From Vibrio vulnificus CMCP6 (lineage in GTDB: Bacteria; Pseudomonadota; Gammaproteobacteria; Enterobacterales; Vibrionaceae), in NCBI RefSeq assembly GCF_000039765.1, contig NC_004460.2, forward strand, positions 690,001 to 722,000: a stretch of 32,000 bases of DNA, in the 5' to 3' direction. The position numbers were made by a program, and so were the translations under genes. Below the pieces are notes generated by a model, which worked only from the letters and a program-made list of their open reading frames with translations, did not search any database and had not been told where the DNA came from. Position 1 is the first letter of the stretch; each line of letters begins with the position of its first letter. Positions 18,404 through 28,900 of this stretch are shown in pieces.

Positions 18404-21400
18404 ATGATGCGATTCCTCGAAAATGGACCTTCAATACCTGATGAACTCTTATTAGCCAGAGACCAAGGTCGGGTGGTATTTTTTTGTGGTGCAGGTGTTT
18501 CAAGAGCAAAAGCGGGATTTGCCGACTTTTTTGGGCTAGCTTCATCTGTAACATCTGAGCTTGGTGTAGAAACCAGCAGCCCTGCCTTGAAGCTTATAGA
18601 GGCTGCTAAAGAAATAACCGCTAGTACTGGCGTGGAAGGGGTAGTTTCGGCTGATAGAATATTTGGTTTGCTGGAGCGAGAGTTCTTAACGAGAGATATA
18701 TATAAATCAGTAGCTAAGGCTCTCACACCTGAGGGAGAAGTTGACCTAAGCGCACATCAAACGATGCTTAAACTAGCTACAACGAACGATGGTATCGTAC
18801 GTTTGGTAACAACTAACTTTGATCGCTTATTTGATCTTTGCAAACCAGATATAAATACCTTTATGCCCCCAAGACTGCCTGATCTTAATCATCCAATTGA
18901 TTTTAATGGCACGGTATACCTTCATGGCAAAGTAAACGAGGATGGTACAGGTGCTGCAAGCAACGGCTTTGTCCTCTCAAGTTCTGAATTTGGTGATGCT
19001 TACTTGGCTAATGGTTGGGCTACCTCATTTGTCAAAGGGATATTGGAAAAATATGTCGTAGTTTTTGTCGGTTATTCTGCGGACGATCCGCCAATTCAGT
19101 ATTTGTTAGAAGCACTCAATAAAAGCTCAAGCCATCTCAACGATATATACGCATTTCAATCTGGTGATGAAAGTTACGCTAGCTCAAAGTGGCACCATAA
19201 AGGGGTAAAAGCGATTGCGTATGACGATACAAATGGACATATCGCGCTTTGGAACACTTTGGAATCTTGGGCCGAGCGGGCTTCTGATCCGGATGCATGG
19301 TATCAAGGAATAATCACAAAAGCTGGAATGGGGCCTCACCTCTTACTGCCCTTTGAACGCGGTCAGATTGCACATATTGTTTCTACAACCGAAGGAGCCA
19401 AAAAGTTTGCTAATAGTGAAATACTAGCTCCTGCCACTTGGCTTCATGTGTTTGATCCTGAATTGAGATATGAAACTCCTCGTAAAAATTTATCCGGTGC
19501 AGAAAACCTAACTGAGATGGTAGACCCATTTCACTTTTACTCTCTGGATTCGGATCATACACCACAGCATGTTGACCCTAATGACTTTTATAACAAACGT
19601 GAAGTTCCCACAGGAGCATGGGATGCTTTTGAGTTTAACTCACAAGACATTAAAGGAACACAAGACCAACGTTCTATAAGATTTAGAGGGGATGATTCCA
19701 GTTCCCCTCAGTTTTCAACCCTGCCTCAAAGGCTCAACGCATTAACATATTGGTTGAGCAGAGTGGCGGAACAGCCAGAAGTAATCTGGTGGGTTACGAA
19801 GCAGCAATGTCTTCATCCTTGGGTTCAGTTTGTACTTAAGTCAGAATGTGAGCGTCGTTCTAAAGATATGGATAGTACACTCAATGAGGCATGGAGCTAT
19901 GTTTTGGATGGCTTTGAACAAACTGATAAAGGAGGACACCGCGATTGGTTTACTCTGGAAAGAGCAATAAAGAATAATGGCTGGTGTCCCAGAAAATTAC
20001 GGCAATTTGAAAAGGTAACGAAACCATTCATCAAGGTCTCGCCGCCTTTCCGCACCCCGAATGAGATCAACTGGGAGCAGATTAGTTTAAAAGACTTAAT
20101 TCATTTAGATGTCCATTACTCAGAACTACCAAGAAGGCTAGAAATTCCTGATGAGTGGATAATTCGTACCGTTGAAGTCCTGAGACGTAATCTAGAGCTT
20201 GCTGTTGAACTAGAAAAAGAAATAGGAGGATATGGCCTGAGCCTGAGTTGTTCGTTAACACCCGAGAAGAAAACAGAGGATTCGTATAGTCGAACTTACG
20301 GTCTATCTGCATGGGTATTGCTGTTTGTTTCTTACTTAGAGAAATTAGTTTTGATTGACCTTGATGCTGCTCGGAAGGAGCTTTCAAGGTGGCCATGCGA
20401 TGACAGTACTATCTTTGCAAGGTTAAAGATTTGGGCGTTAGGGAAAACCAATCTTGTGCCTAATGAAAGTATTATTACTACTTTAAATCAACTTTCAGAC
20501 GAAGCATTTTGGGATAGTTATCATGCTAGAGACTTGCTTCTAGCTTTCGTAGCTAGATGGAAAGAACTCGACCAATGTCGCCGTTCCACAATAGAAAATA
20601 GAATATTGCAAGGACCTAAACTTTGGAAAACCAAAGATGAAAGTAGATTTAAGGAACAGAAAGCGAGAAATATTCTGGATAGAGTAACTTGGCTTAAACA
20701 AAATGGTTGTGAGTTAACAATAGCAACGGATAAGTTAGTTGATAGGCTAAGAGATGATGCGCCGGAATGGAAGCCTGAGCATGCAAAAGATGCAGCGTGC
20801 TCTTTTGAAGTTCGCGGCGGTATTGTAACCAAAAATACAGACTATTCTTTGTTAGCAGATGAACCAATAGACTCAATCCTTGAAAGAGCATATGAATTAT
20901 CTGGTAGACAAGCTGATTTTTTGATTGATGAAGACCCATTTCTAGGTTTATCACAAGAAAAACCGATTCGAGCTTTCAGCGCTTTAACTTGTTCGGCAAA
21001 AAAGGGAAACATTGTGGACTGGGCTTGGGATACTTTCCTTTATGCTGAAGCCCGTAAGAATGATAAACCCCGATTTATGGTGTTAATTGCAGAGCGTTTG
21101 TCTGGTTTTACCAGTAATGACTTGGCAAAAATACTTCGTTCAGTATCAAGCTGGTTTGAGCAGTCTACTAGCGTACTTGCTGGTAATTATTATGCTACAT
21201 ACTATAAATTAGCGTTTAAATTAGTTGATGCAATGTCGATACAACCTGCTAACGGTGAATCTTCAATAATACGAGGTAGTAAAGCTCCTGATTGGGCCAT
21301 GGAGTCAATAAACTCACCAACTGGAAACTTAACCAGTGCCATACTGAAATCACAGTATGGCCGTACTTTTGAATCTGGAGAGTGCTTCACTGGGGATTTA

Positions 21401-22216
21401 TTGTTATTACTCAACCAATTATTAGCTTTACCTAATGATTTACATCGTTACGCAATGGTTATACTTAGCCGCAGTTTAAGTTGGTGCTTTTGGGTTGATC
21501 CTGACTGGACTCAACGTAACTTGCTTTCTACCTTAAACTCTTCTTCCAGAGAAGATCGTCAGGCATTTTGGGCTGGTGTTTTATGGGGAGAAGTTCGCGG
21601 GAAAGAACTATTCACCATTTTGAAGCCAAGTATTCTGGAATTGGCATATTCAGGAGAAGTTGAAACCCGAGGTCATCAGGATGCTATTGTGGGATTAATT
21701 TTCTCAGCTTGGAAAATTAAGGATGAGGATAAAAGGTGGGTATCTGATCTTGAATTAAAAGAAGTATTAATTAAAGCAAGTGATGGCTTTAGGTGTGGAA
21801 TATTATGGCAAGCTAGGCATGGAGAGAGTGAAGACAAAGAGCATTGGTTACTAGCATTCAGAGAACTTATCTCAAATGTTTGGCCAAAACAGCTTGCTGC
21901 TAAATCCCCCGCTGTATCAGAACGCCTTTGTGATATCGCATTTTGGTCGGAAGAACACTTCCCTGAAATTGTAAACCTAATCACTCCGTTCTTAACGAAA
22001 TTCGAACGTGCTAACCACATCTACCTGAATGATGACAACGTACTTAAAAAATATCCTAATGATCTATTGTTACTCCTGAACATTGTATTACCTGATGATG
22101 TTAACAAATGGCCTTACGGCATTGGGGACTATTTAGAGCAAATGATAGAAGCTAATAGTGAGTTAGGTGATGATGAACGCTTTATCGAACTCAAAAGAAA
22201 ATGGGATGCAAGGTGA
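18404..22216 (+). CDS. Large SIR2-domain protein, putative anti-phage NAD-depleting effector (defence-associated-sirtuin-like)
   Basis: 1270 aa; N-terminal 'VVFFCGAGVSRAKAGFADFFGLA', 'LVTTNFDRLFD', 'TVYLHGKVN', 'VVFVGYSADDPPIQYLLEAL' SIR2 motifs, long C-terminus without a recognised NTPase motif; adjacent to CBASS. Confidence 0.8.
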   Translation: MMRFLENGPSIPDELLLARDQGRVVFFCGAGVSRAKAGFADFFGLASSVTSELGVETSSPALKLIEAAKEITASTGVEGVVSADRIFGLLEREFLTRDIYKSVAKALTPEGEVDLSAHQTMLKLATTNDGIVRLVTTNFDRLFDLCKPDINTFMPPRLPDLNHPIDFNGTVYLHGKVNEDGTGAASNGFVLSSSEFGDAYLANGWATSFVKGILEKYVVVFVGYSADDPPIQYLLEALNKSSSHLNDIYAFQSGDESYASSKWHHKGVKAIAYDDTNGHIALWNTLESWAERASDPDAWYQGIITKAGMGPHLLLPFERGQIAHIVSTTEGAKKFANSEILAPATWLHVFDPELRYETPRKNLSGAENLTEMVDPFHFYSLDSDHTPQHVDPNDFYNKREVPTGAWDAFEFNSQDIKGTQDQRSIRFRGDDSSSPQFSTLPQRLNALTYWLSRVAEQPEVIWWVTKQQCLHPWVQFVLKSECERRSKDMDSTLNEAWSYVLDGFEQTDKGGHRDWFTLERAIKNNGWCPRKLRQFEKVTKPFIKVSPPFRTPNEINWEQISLKDLIHLDVHYSELPRRLEIPDEWIIRTVEVLRRNLELAVELEKEIGGYGLSLSCSLTPEKKTEDSYSRTYGLSAWVLLFVSYLEKLVLIDLDAARKELSRWPCDDSTIFARLKIWALGKTNLVPNESIITTLNQLSDEAFWDSYHARDLLLAFVARWKELDQCRRSTIENRILQGPKLWKTKDESRFKEQKARNILDRVTWLKQNGCELTIATDKLVDRLRDDAPEWKPEHAKDAACSFEVRGGIVTKNTDYSLLADEPIDSILERAYELSGRQADFLIDEDPFLGLSQEKPIRAFSALTCSAKKGNIVDWAWDTFLYAEARKNDKPRFMVLIAERLSGFTSNDLAKILRSVSSWFEQSTSVLAGNYYATYYKLAFKLVDAMSIQPANGESSIIRGSKAPDWAMESINSPTGNLTSAILKSQYGRTFESGECFTGDLLLLLNQLLALPNDLHRYAMVILSRSLSWCFWVDPDWTQRNLLSTLNSSSREDRQAFWAGVLWGEVRGKELFTILKPSILELAYSGEVETRGHQDAIVGLIFSAWKIKDEDKRWVSDLELKEVLIKASDGFRCGILWQARHGESEDKEHWLLAFRELISNVWPKQLAAKSPAVSERLCDIAFWSEEHFPEIVNLITPFLTKFERANHIYLNDDNVLKKYPNDLLLLLNIVLPDDVNKWPYGIGDYLEQMIEANSELGDDERFIELKRKWDAR

Positions 22217-22271
22217 GCCAATTTTAACAAATATTTGAGATTTTAAGTTACTTTTTCTTATCTGAGTAAGG

Positions 22272-22302
22272 CGCGTTAGAGCGATATACCTAACGCGTTT
22301 TT
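22272..22302 (+). terminator. Rho-independent terminator downstream of the SIR2 gene
   Basis: CGCGTTA gagcgatatacc TAACGCG followed by TTTTT. Confidence 0.55.
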
Positions 22303-22335
22303 GTCCAGAACCTTCATAGACTGAATTTTACCCTT

Positions 22336-22367
22336 GGGGCTTTCTAGCTCGAAAGCCCCCCTTTCTT
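22336..22367 (+). terminator. Second Rho-independent-like terminator upstream of traD
   Basis: GGGGCTTTC tagctc GAAAGCCCC followed by cctttcttt. Confidence 0.55.
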
Positions 22368-22451
22368 TGTTAGTGCTTTACTCATTCATATCTTATTTAC
22401 CTGAATTTAAACTACTCCACCTTACTCTCTTTTTACTAAAAAGGAGCATTT

Positions 22452-24545
22452 ATGCACACGCCTACACGCAAGAAAAGCAACCACTTTACTCGTGGAGGAC
22501 AAGTGACCTTTCACGCCATTACCATGTTCTTTCAAGTGAACAATAAACTTGTGAAATTCATTGGTTGGGGCGTAGTTGCGCTCACTTTGTTACTGACGCA
22601 CCTAAATTCCCCTCCTAATGCTTTGTGGGGCGAATTTTATTACTTCCGTAATGTTCTATATGCAAAGCTAGGGAAGCCTCTCGATAGCCCTGTCACCACC
22701 ATTTGGGAAGGTGAGCGCTACACCGACACCCTCGCCTATCAACTGCAAAACTCTGTTCTCCTCGATATCCACGCCACCATTTGGCACAACGTTCAAATCT
22801 ACTTTCTGATTGCTTTAGTGATAGGCATGGCCATCTTCATGATCGCCTTACGCTTTTTTAAAGAGCAAGGCGAAAAACAGAGTGAAGATATTCATATCCG
22901 AGGCTTTCGCTTAGCCCCGCCAGAAGCCATCACCAAAAAGCTCAAAGCACGAGCAAAAGCCAAGAAGAAACGAGGCTATGGGGATGGGTCAATATCGAGT
23001 TTTAAAATCGATGGTCATGCGCTTTTAAAGCAGTACTTCGAAGTTCAGCACTTACTCATTGATGGCACCACAGGGGCGGGAAAATCCATCATGATCCGCA
23101 AACTGGTGCGTTGGATACGCGCTCAGGGCGATAAAGCCATCATCTACGATAAGGGATGCACCTTTACTAGTAAATTCTACAACCCAGCGACCGACGTTCT
23201 CCTCAACCCCTTTGATAAACGCTGCGCTAACTGGGATGTATGGAGTGATGCCATCGAGGCGCCGGATTTTGAAAACATGGCCGCCGCATTAATCCCTCAA
23301 CATGGTGAAGGCGACCCGTTCTGGGTCGATTCTGCCAGAACAATCTTTTCCTCTACCGCTTATCGCATGAGTCAAGATAACAAACCTTGCACCACTGAGC
23401 GATTACTCAGTTTGATCTTAACTTCTGAGCTGGAAACACTTGGCAACTTCTTAGAAGGTACAGAGTCCGCTTCTCTTGTCTCAACGGACATTAAGAAAAC
23501 CGCGATTTCCATCAAATCGGTATTGGCCACTTACATCAAAAGCCTGCGCTTTTTGGATGGTCTTAATCACCAAGAGCGCCCTGATAAGCTCAGACAAAAG
23601 TTTTCAATCACAAACTGGGTTCAAGACGATAACCAAAAAGGCTTTTTGTTTCTCTCCAGTAATGCGCAGCAACATGCTTCACTAAGACCACTGATATCGA
23701 TGTGGTTAGCCATTGCTTCCAATGCCATTTTAGGACTGAAAGAAGACGAAGAACGTCGTATCTGGGTCATTATGGATGAAATGCCAAGCTTGCATAAGTT
23801 GCCTGAGCTGGGCTCTATCATTGCCGAAGTTCGTAAGTTTGGGGGATGCTATCTGATTGGTATCCAGTCGTATGCGCAGCTCGTCAAAACCTATGGTAAG
23901 AATGCCGCTGAAGAGATGTTTGATTTACTTAACACACGCTTCTTCTTTCGAGCCCCGTCTGAGCCTATGGCGCGTATCTCTGCTAAAGACTTGGGTGAAC
24001 AAGAAGTCGATGTCTCAAAAGAAAATGTCTCTTACGGCGCAAATACCTTGCGTGACGGTGTCTCTCTTGGCCACCAAACCATTACACGCCCTGTCGTATC
24101 TGCTAGTGAAATCCAAGCCTTAGATGACCTGCAATGTTATCTGCGCTCTCCTGGCATTGATCTTATCACTAGGCTCGACCTAGAATTCGACAAAATGAGT
24201 GACATTTGTCCAGCGTTTGATAAACGCACCATTGTACTTTCATCCGCAATGAGCAAAGTATATGAACAGGCAATTTACCATGAATGTGTTGCGCCTGGCT
24301 TATACCTGAACGAAGAAGATCGTCATAAGCTAACGGATGCTCAAGAGACGAACTTTGAAAACGAAGAGCAGATGAAAGCAGAAACCGTTCACATTCAACA
24401 AGCGATAAAAAGCGAGACAGTGAGCGAGCTGGTCAACCAATATCCACAACTCAAACAGGAGCAAGCCTATCAAGAGGAAGCTCAGCGCAATATTGAAGAA
24501 GCCGCCATTTCTCAAGAAGCCGAAATAGGAGAAGTTTACGACTAG
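22452..24545 (+). CDS. traD: Type IV secretion coupling protein TraD
   Basis: 697 aa; N-terminal TM segments, Walker A 'LLIDGTTGAGKSIMIRKLV', Walker B-like 'IWVIMDEMPSLHKLPELGSIIAEVRKFGGCYLIGIQS'; SD aaaaggag. Confidence 0.93.
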   Translation: MHTPTRKKSNHFTRGGQVTFHAITMFFQVNNKLVKFIGWGVVALTLLLTHLNSPPNALWGEFYYFRNVLYAKLGKPLDSPVTTIWEGERYTDTLAYQLQNSVLLDIHATIWHNVQIYFLIALVIGMAIFMIALRFFKEQGEKQSEDIHIRGFRLAPPEAITKKLKARAKAKKKRGYGDGSISSFKIDGHALLKQYFEVQHLLIDGTTGAGKSIMIRKLVRWIRAQGDKAIIYDKGCTFTSKFYNPATDVLLNPFDKRCANWDVWSDAIEAPDFENMAAALIPQHGEGDPFWVDSARTIFSSTAYRMSQDNKPCTTERLLSLILTSELETLGNFLEGTESASLVSTDIKKTAISIKSVLATYIKSLRFLDGLNHQERPDKLRQKFSITNWVQDDNQKGFLFLSSNAQQHASLRPLISMWLAIASNAILGLKEDEERRIWVIMDEMPSLHKLPELGSIIAEVRKFGGCYLIGIQSYAQLVKTYGKNAAEEMFDLLNTRFFFRAPSEPMARISAKDLGEQEVDVSKENVSYGANTLRDGVSLGHQTITRPVVSASEIQALDDLQCYLRSPGIDLITRLDLEFDKMSDICPAFDKRTIVLSSAMSKVYEQAIYHECVAPGLYLNEEDRHKLTDAQETNFENEEQMKAETVHIQQAIKSETVSELVNQYPQLKQEQAYQEEAQRNIEEAAISQEAEIGEVYD

Positions 24546-24759
24546 GTTTCCTTTACTGCTAACAAGGATTAAACAATAACAGACACCCAAGACCTTCACC
24601 CCTTTCAAAAGCAGGCCTGAGCCAGGTTATTCAAGGAAAAAGCCCACAAAAGAGCAAAGCGAGCTGAAAAAAATTCGAGATCGCATTGAGCAAATTGAAG
24701 AGTAACAAGCTTGGGAAGCCCTTTGGGGAAAAGATACACTTTAAGAGTGAAAACAACGT

Positions 24760-25503
24760 ATGACGACAAGACATATCTTCGGAATGTGTTTACTGGTTAT
24801 CGTCTCGGGAGCCTGTGTGGCAGAACCACTCGGCAATACCAGCATTACCTCTTTCAACACCGCCAAGAAGATCGTGCAACAGCATGTGTACACCACCACA
24901 GAGCTGCGTAAAACGCTCTATTCCGATGCCACATTTAACGCGAAAAAAGACGTCTCGCTCCCTGGTGGGTTTAAGACAACTCAATACAAAAATCGATTGA
25001 AACGCTGGGAAGCCGAGCACGTTGTACCCGCTGAAAACTTTGGCCAAACCTTTATTGAATAGCACGAAGGACACGCCCAATGCGTCAATAGGAAAGCAAA
25101 AGCCTTTAAAGGCCGTAAGTGGGCAGAAAAGGTCAATACCGAGTAGCATCTGATGCCATCGGTTCTGTATAACCTCTACCCTGCAATTGGCAGTGTCAAT
25201 GCGGCAAGGCAAAACTACAACTTCACATTGCTGCCCCATGCAAGGTCCAGCTTTGGTCAATGCGATGTGCCTATTGATGGTAGGAAAGTGCAGCCGCCTG
25301 AGCAGGCACGTGGCGCGATTGCTCGCACATACTTATATTTTGAAGCGCTCTACCCTCGATACTCGATGAGTAAAGCGCAAAGGCAGTTAATGCAAGCTTG
25401 GGACAAACAATACCCAACAACGAAAGTGGAGTGTCAGCGAGCTCAACGAATAAAACAACAACAAGGCAATGCCAATCCTATCCTTGCCGAACGTTGTAAT
25501 TAA
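24760..25503 (+). pseudogene. Endonuclease I (EndA/Dns) family gene interrupted by two in-frame amber codons
   Basis: Signal peptide plus 'RWEAEHVVPAENFGQTFIE' TAG(25060-25062) 'HEGHAQCVNRKAKAFKGRKWAEKVNTE' TAG(25141-25143) 'HLMPSVLYNLYPAIGSVNAARQNYNFTLLPHARSSFGQCDVPIDGRKVQPPEQARGAIARTYLYFEALYPRYSMSKAQRQLMQAWDKQYP...', all in one frame. Confidence 0.88.
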
Positions 25504-25534
25504 CCTTCTCCCCTTAAACAATCACCAGAGTAGC

Positions 25535-25704
25535 CATCCCTCTGCATTTTGTTACAATGCTCCTGGGCGCTTAGACATACCCATGTCGAAGCGTTAGCCA
25601 AAACATGGATATGAAAAAGCCCCGAATGAACTATAAATTCAAACGAGGCCTTTACCATGTATAAGCAACTTGATAATAGCCTCTTACTTCATAGGAGGCA
25701 AGTT
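25535..25704 (+). promoter_or_regulatory. hok-mRNA-like 5' leader region (putative promoter, leader structure, Sok-like antisense target)
   Basis: -10-like TACAAT then 'TTAGACATACCCATGtcgaag...', closely resembling the R1 hok leader 'ctagacatagggatgcctcg...'; internal hairpins CCATGT/ACATGG and GAAT/ATTC flanked by GCCCCG/CGAGGC. Confidence 0.5.
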
Positions 25705-25854
25705 ATGCCTAAAAAAACGGCTCTCGCAGCCTTAGTCGTGGTCTGCATCACGGCGGTCATTCTCACTGCACTTTATACCGGTTCGCTCTGCGATATCCGA
25801 TACAAAGATCAGCAAAATGACTTAAGCATTAAACTTGCCTACGAAGTAAGATAA
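25705..25854 (+). CDS. hok: Hok/Gef-family type I toxin
   Basis: MPKKTALAALVVVCITAVILTALYTGSLCDIRYKDQQNDLSIKLAYEVR: single TM plus the 'SLC(E/D)IRY+D...AYE' Hok signature; SD aggagg before ATG 25705; in-frame upstream ATG at 25657. Confidence 0.88.
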   Translation: MPKKTALAALVVVCITAVILTALYTGSLCDIRYKDQQNDLSIKLAYEVR

Positions 25855-25957
25855 GGTCAAAGGGCAAGAGCTTGCTCTTGTCCTTTCCTTTATCTCTTTG
25901 TGAACTTGGTTTCTAAGCGCCCCTACTCTTGGTGGTTCCCGTAAAGGAAACACCACA

Positions 25958-28900
25958 ATGATGTCAATCAGCCCTTTAAGATCTCCCTCTAACGCTGCTC
26001 AATACTACTTAAACGAAGAAAACACCCAAGACCTACCGGACACCTCTCTCGAAAAAGACGCTAGCGACAACTATTACCTCAAGGAAAAACAACAAGGTGA
26101 AAACACCTTTTGGCATGGAAAATTAGCACAAGAAGCAGGATTGCTTGGTAAACCTGTAGAACAAAAAACCTTAGAGACTATCCTTTCTGGCACACTCAAT
26201 GATGAAACCATTAAGGGCAAGCGAGAAGACCATAAAAGTGGATTCGATCTCACTTTTTCTGCTCCTAAAAACGCCAGTATACTCGCATTGGTCGGTGGGG
26301 ATTCACGTCTGATTGAAGCGCACAACAACGCGGTGAAATTTGCCCTCTCAGAGTTAGAGAAGGACGTAGCTCAGGCCACGCACACCAACGAAGCTGGCGA
26401 ACGCGAGTTTCACAATACTCAGTCCATGATTTTTGCGGTCGTTCGTCATAAAACCAGTCGCAACAACGATCCACAAGTTCACTCCCATGCCCTCGCTGCC
26501 AATATGACCCGAGATCAGGAAGGCAACTTACGTACACTCGCGTCTAACTTAAAACAGAAAGGCGGCGTCATTAATGGCAGTGGCGAGCGCATCTATAACT
26601 TTCAGAAGTATTACACTGCCCTTTACCAAAGCCAGTTCGCCAGAGAATCCGAAGAATTGGGTTTCCAAACAAAAGGACTCGGTAACGCTCAATTTGATAT
26701 CGATGGCGTCCCGGAGTCATTACATAAAGCGTTCTCAACACGCAAACAGCAAATTGACCAACAGGTAATGGAGTTTGGCCATGATACCCAAGCAAGTAGA
26801 GACACCGCAGCCCTTGATACCCGACAGAGAAAAACTTACCACAGCGATTCGACCTTAAACCACAAATGGCAACAAACCGTAAAAGGTGAAGGTTTTGACC
26901 CTGCCCTTTTGGTCAAACAAAGCCAAGCAATGCCTCAAAAAGGCGGCCATGCCATGCAGCAAGCCCATGAAGCGTTTTCACATGCAATGACGCACTTGGG
27001 GCAGTACTCAACCTCATTGAGCCTTGAGAAAGTGATTGAGGTCGCGGCCTCAGACTTTACTAAAGGAACACAGCAAGCCAATGCGATTGATTTAAAGCAA
27101 GTCGCCGACGAGTGGATAAAAAACGGCCAGCTTGTACCACTGGCTGAGAAAGGACACTACACCTCCCAAACGATGCTGAAAAACGAAAAAGCACTCATGG
27201 ACATCACTAAGGGACGGACTCATAACATGCGCACTAATATCGATGAACCGACCCTAAACCGTCTCAATATTGCCCAAGATAATCGCCAAAAAGTGGCCGA
27301 CCTTTATGGCTCAACCAAACAGTTTCACGTGGTCAACGTATTTGGTTCTTCCGAGCAAATCGCGCAAAACCTACTTAACGCAGGCAACCACAGTGGTAAG
27401 CGAGTACAGCTTGTCTCTCAAAACACCCAACACCACCGCCATAATCAACAAAACATCCCCCGAGAAAGCCACACCTTTGTCACTTGGGTTAAGCATTTAT
27501 TTCAAGACGATCAGCGTCATACCTTACAAGGTCTACTTGATTCTAAGCACCCGCTGACCAACAAGGACATTATTTTAGTCGATAACGCAAACAAAATGAG
27601 TGCGAATGAACTGCTCTCACTCAGTGAAAAAGCCGGTAACAGCAACAGTAAAGTTATCTTACTTAACCGTGTCTCAAACCGCCAAGGCATGAAAGCGCAC
27701 AGCGCTATCGACCTTTACAGTAAAGGAAATGTCACGACGCACACCTGGGTCAACAGCAAACAAGCGGATAGCGTCGTGCGACTGCATAATCGAGAGGATC
27801 ACAACATCGCTCTCACTTACGCCGACTTGCCCGACAAAACCAATGCTCAAGTATTGGCAACCTCTGGAGTCGAACAACGGCGATTAACCAATGAGATACG
27901 CGCCGCTTTGAAGAACGATGGCCAACTCTCACGCACCAGTGTCACTGTCTTCACCCAGCAACCTCATTACCTTTCAAAGCCACAACAACAATTTGCAAAG
28001 CATTACCAATCCGGTATGACCCTCAGACAATGGGATAAGGGAAAACCTCACGACTTCGTGATCGCCAGTGTCGATAAAGCCTCTAACACCCTAGAGGTTT
28101 TGAGCAAAACGGACGGTAAAGCAAGCACTTTTGACCCTTCGTCTAAAGCGTTTCAATCTATGAACATGCAATTGTACAAACCAGACGCCCTTGAGATCTC
28201 TCAAGGTGAACGTATTCTGGCCACAAATAAGCACTTTCCTTCTCAGCTCGAAGCTGGACACCATTACCTTGTCACGTCCATCACTAAAAACTCATTAACG
28301 CTAACCAATCAACAAGGACAATCAAGTACGCTCCCTCTAGATAAATTGAAAGACGCGCCACTCACGTATGACTATGCTCACTCAGCTAATCACTTTGAGC
28401 CCAGAGAACATACCTTACTGTCGGGAAAAGCCTTTACGCTCTCTAAAGCATTACTCAATGACCTAACAGAGAGCAGTGCTCGCTTAGACATTTTCACAGA
28501 CCATCCTGAGAAAGCGCAACAAGCTCTAGAAAAAGCAGAAGTTCGCCCCTCAGCCATCGAACGAGTCCTGCACACTCAGCACATCAATGATCGCTATCTC
28601 TCTGAAGCCACAGAGTCTACCCTCAGACACGATATTGAACACGCCATTGGTGTACTCGCGAAAGAGCAACACGCGCCTGTTTCACAGAAAGCAGTCGATT
28701 TCGCCCTAAACCACCTGTCAGAAAAAGAGGCCGGATTTACTCAAAAAGAGCTAGTGATTGAAGCGGTACGTTTTGCTTTTGAGGAAACCAATAGCCCCAT
28801 CACCAAAGCGCACATTGAGGCCGAGCTGGCGGAGCGCAGTGACACCCTTTCTGCAGAATACAGTGACGGTACACGTTGGACGACAGAGGCAGCCATCGAA

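Noticed and set aside
24546-24710. Possible frameshifted small gene between traD and the endonuclease remnant (e.g. ...EKPTKEQSELKKIRDRIEQIEE*)
   Set aside because: Short, no start codon in the closing frame; the A7 tract could suggest slippage but there is not enough sequence support to call a gene or a programmed frameshift.
24760-25503. Genome-wide amber reassignment as explanation for TAG codons
   Set aside because: Well-supported genes here (traU, traN, traD and the last minus-strand ORF) terminate with TAG, so TAG is used as a stop; pseudogenisation is simpler.
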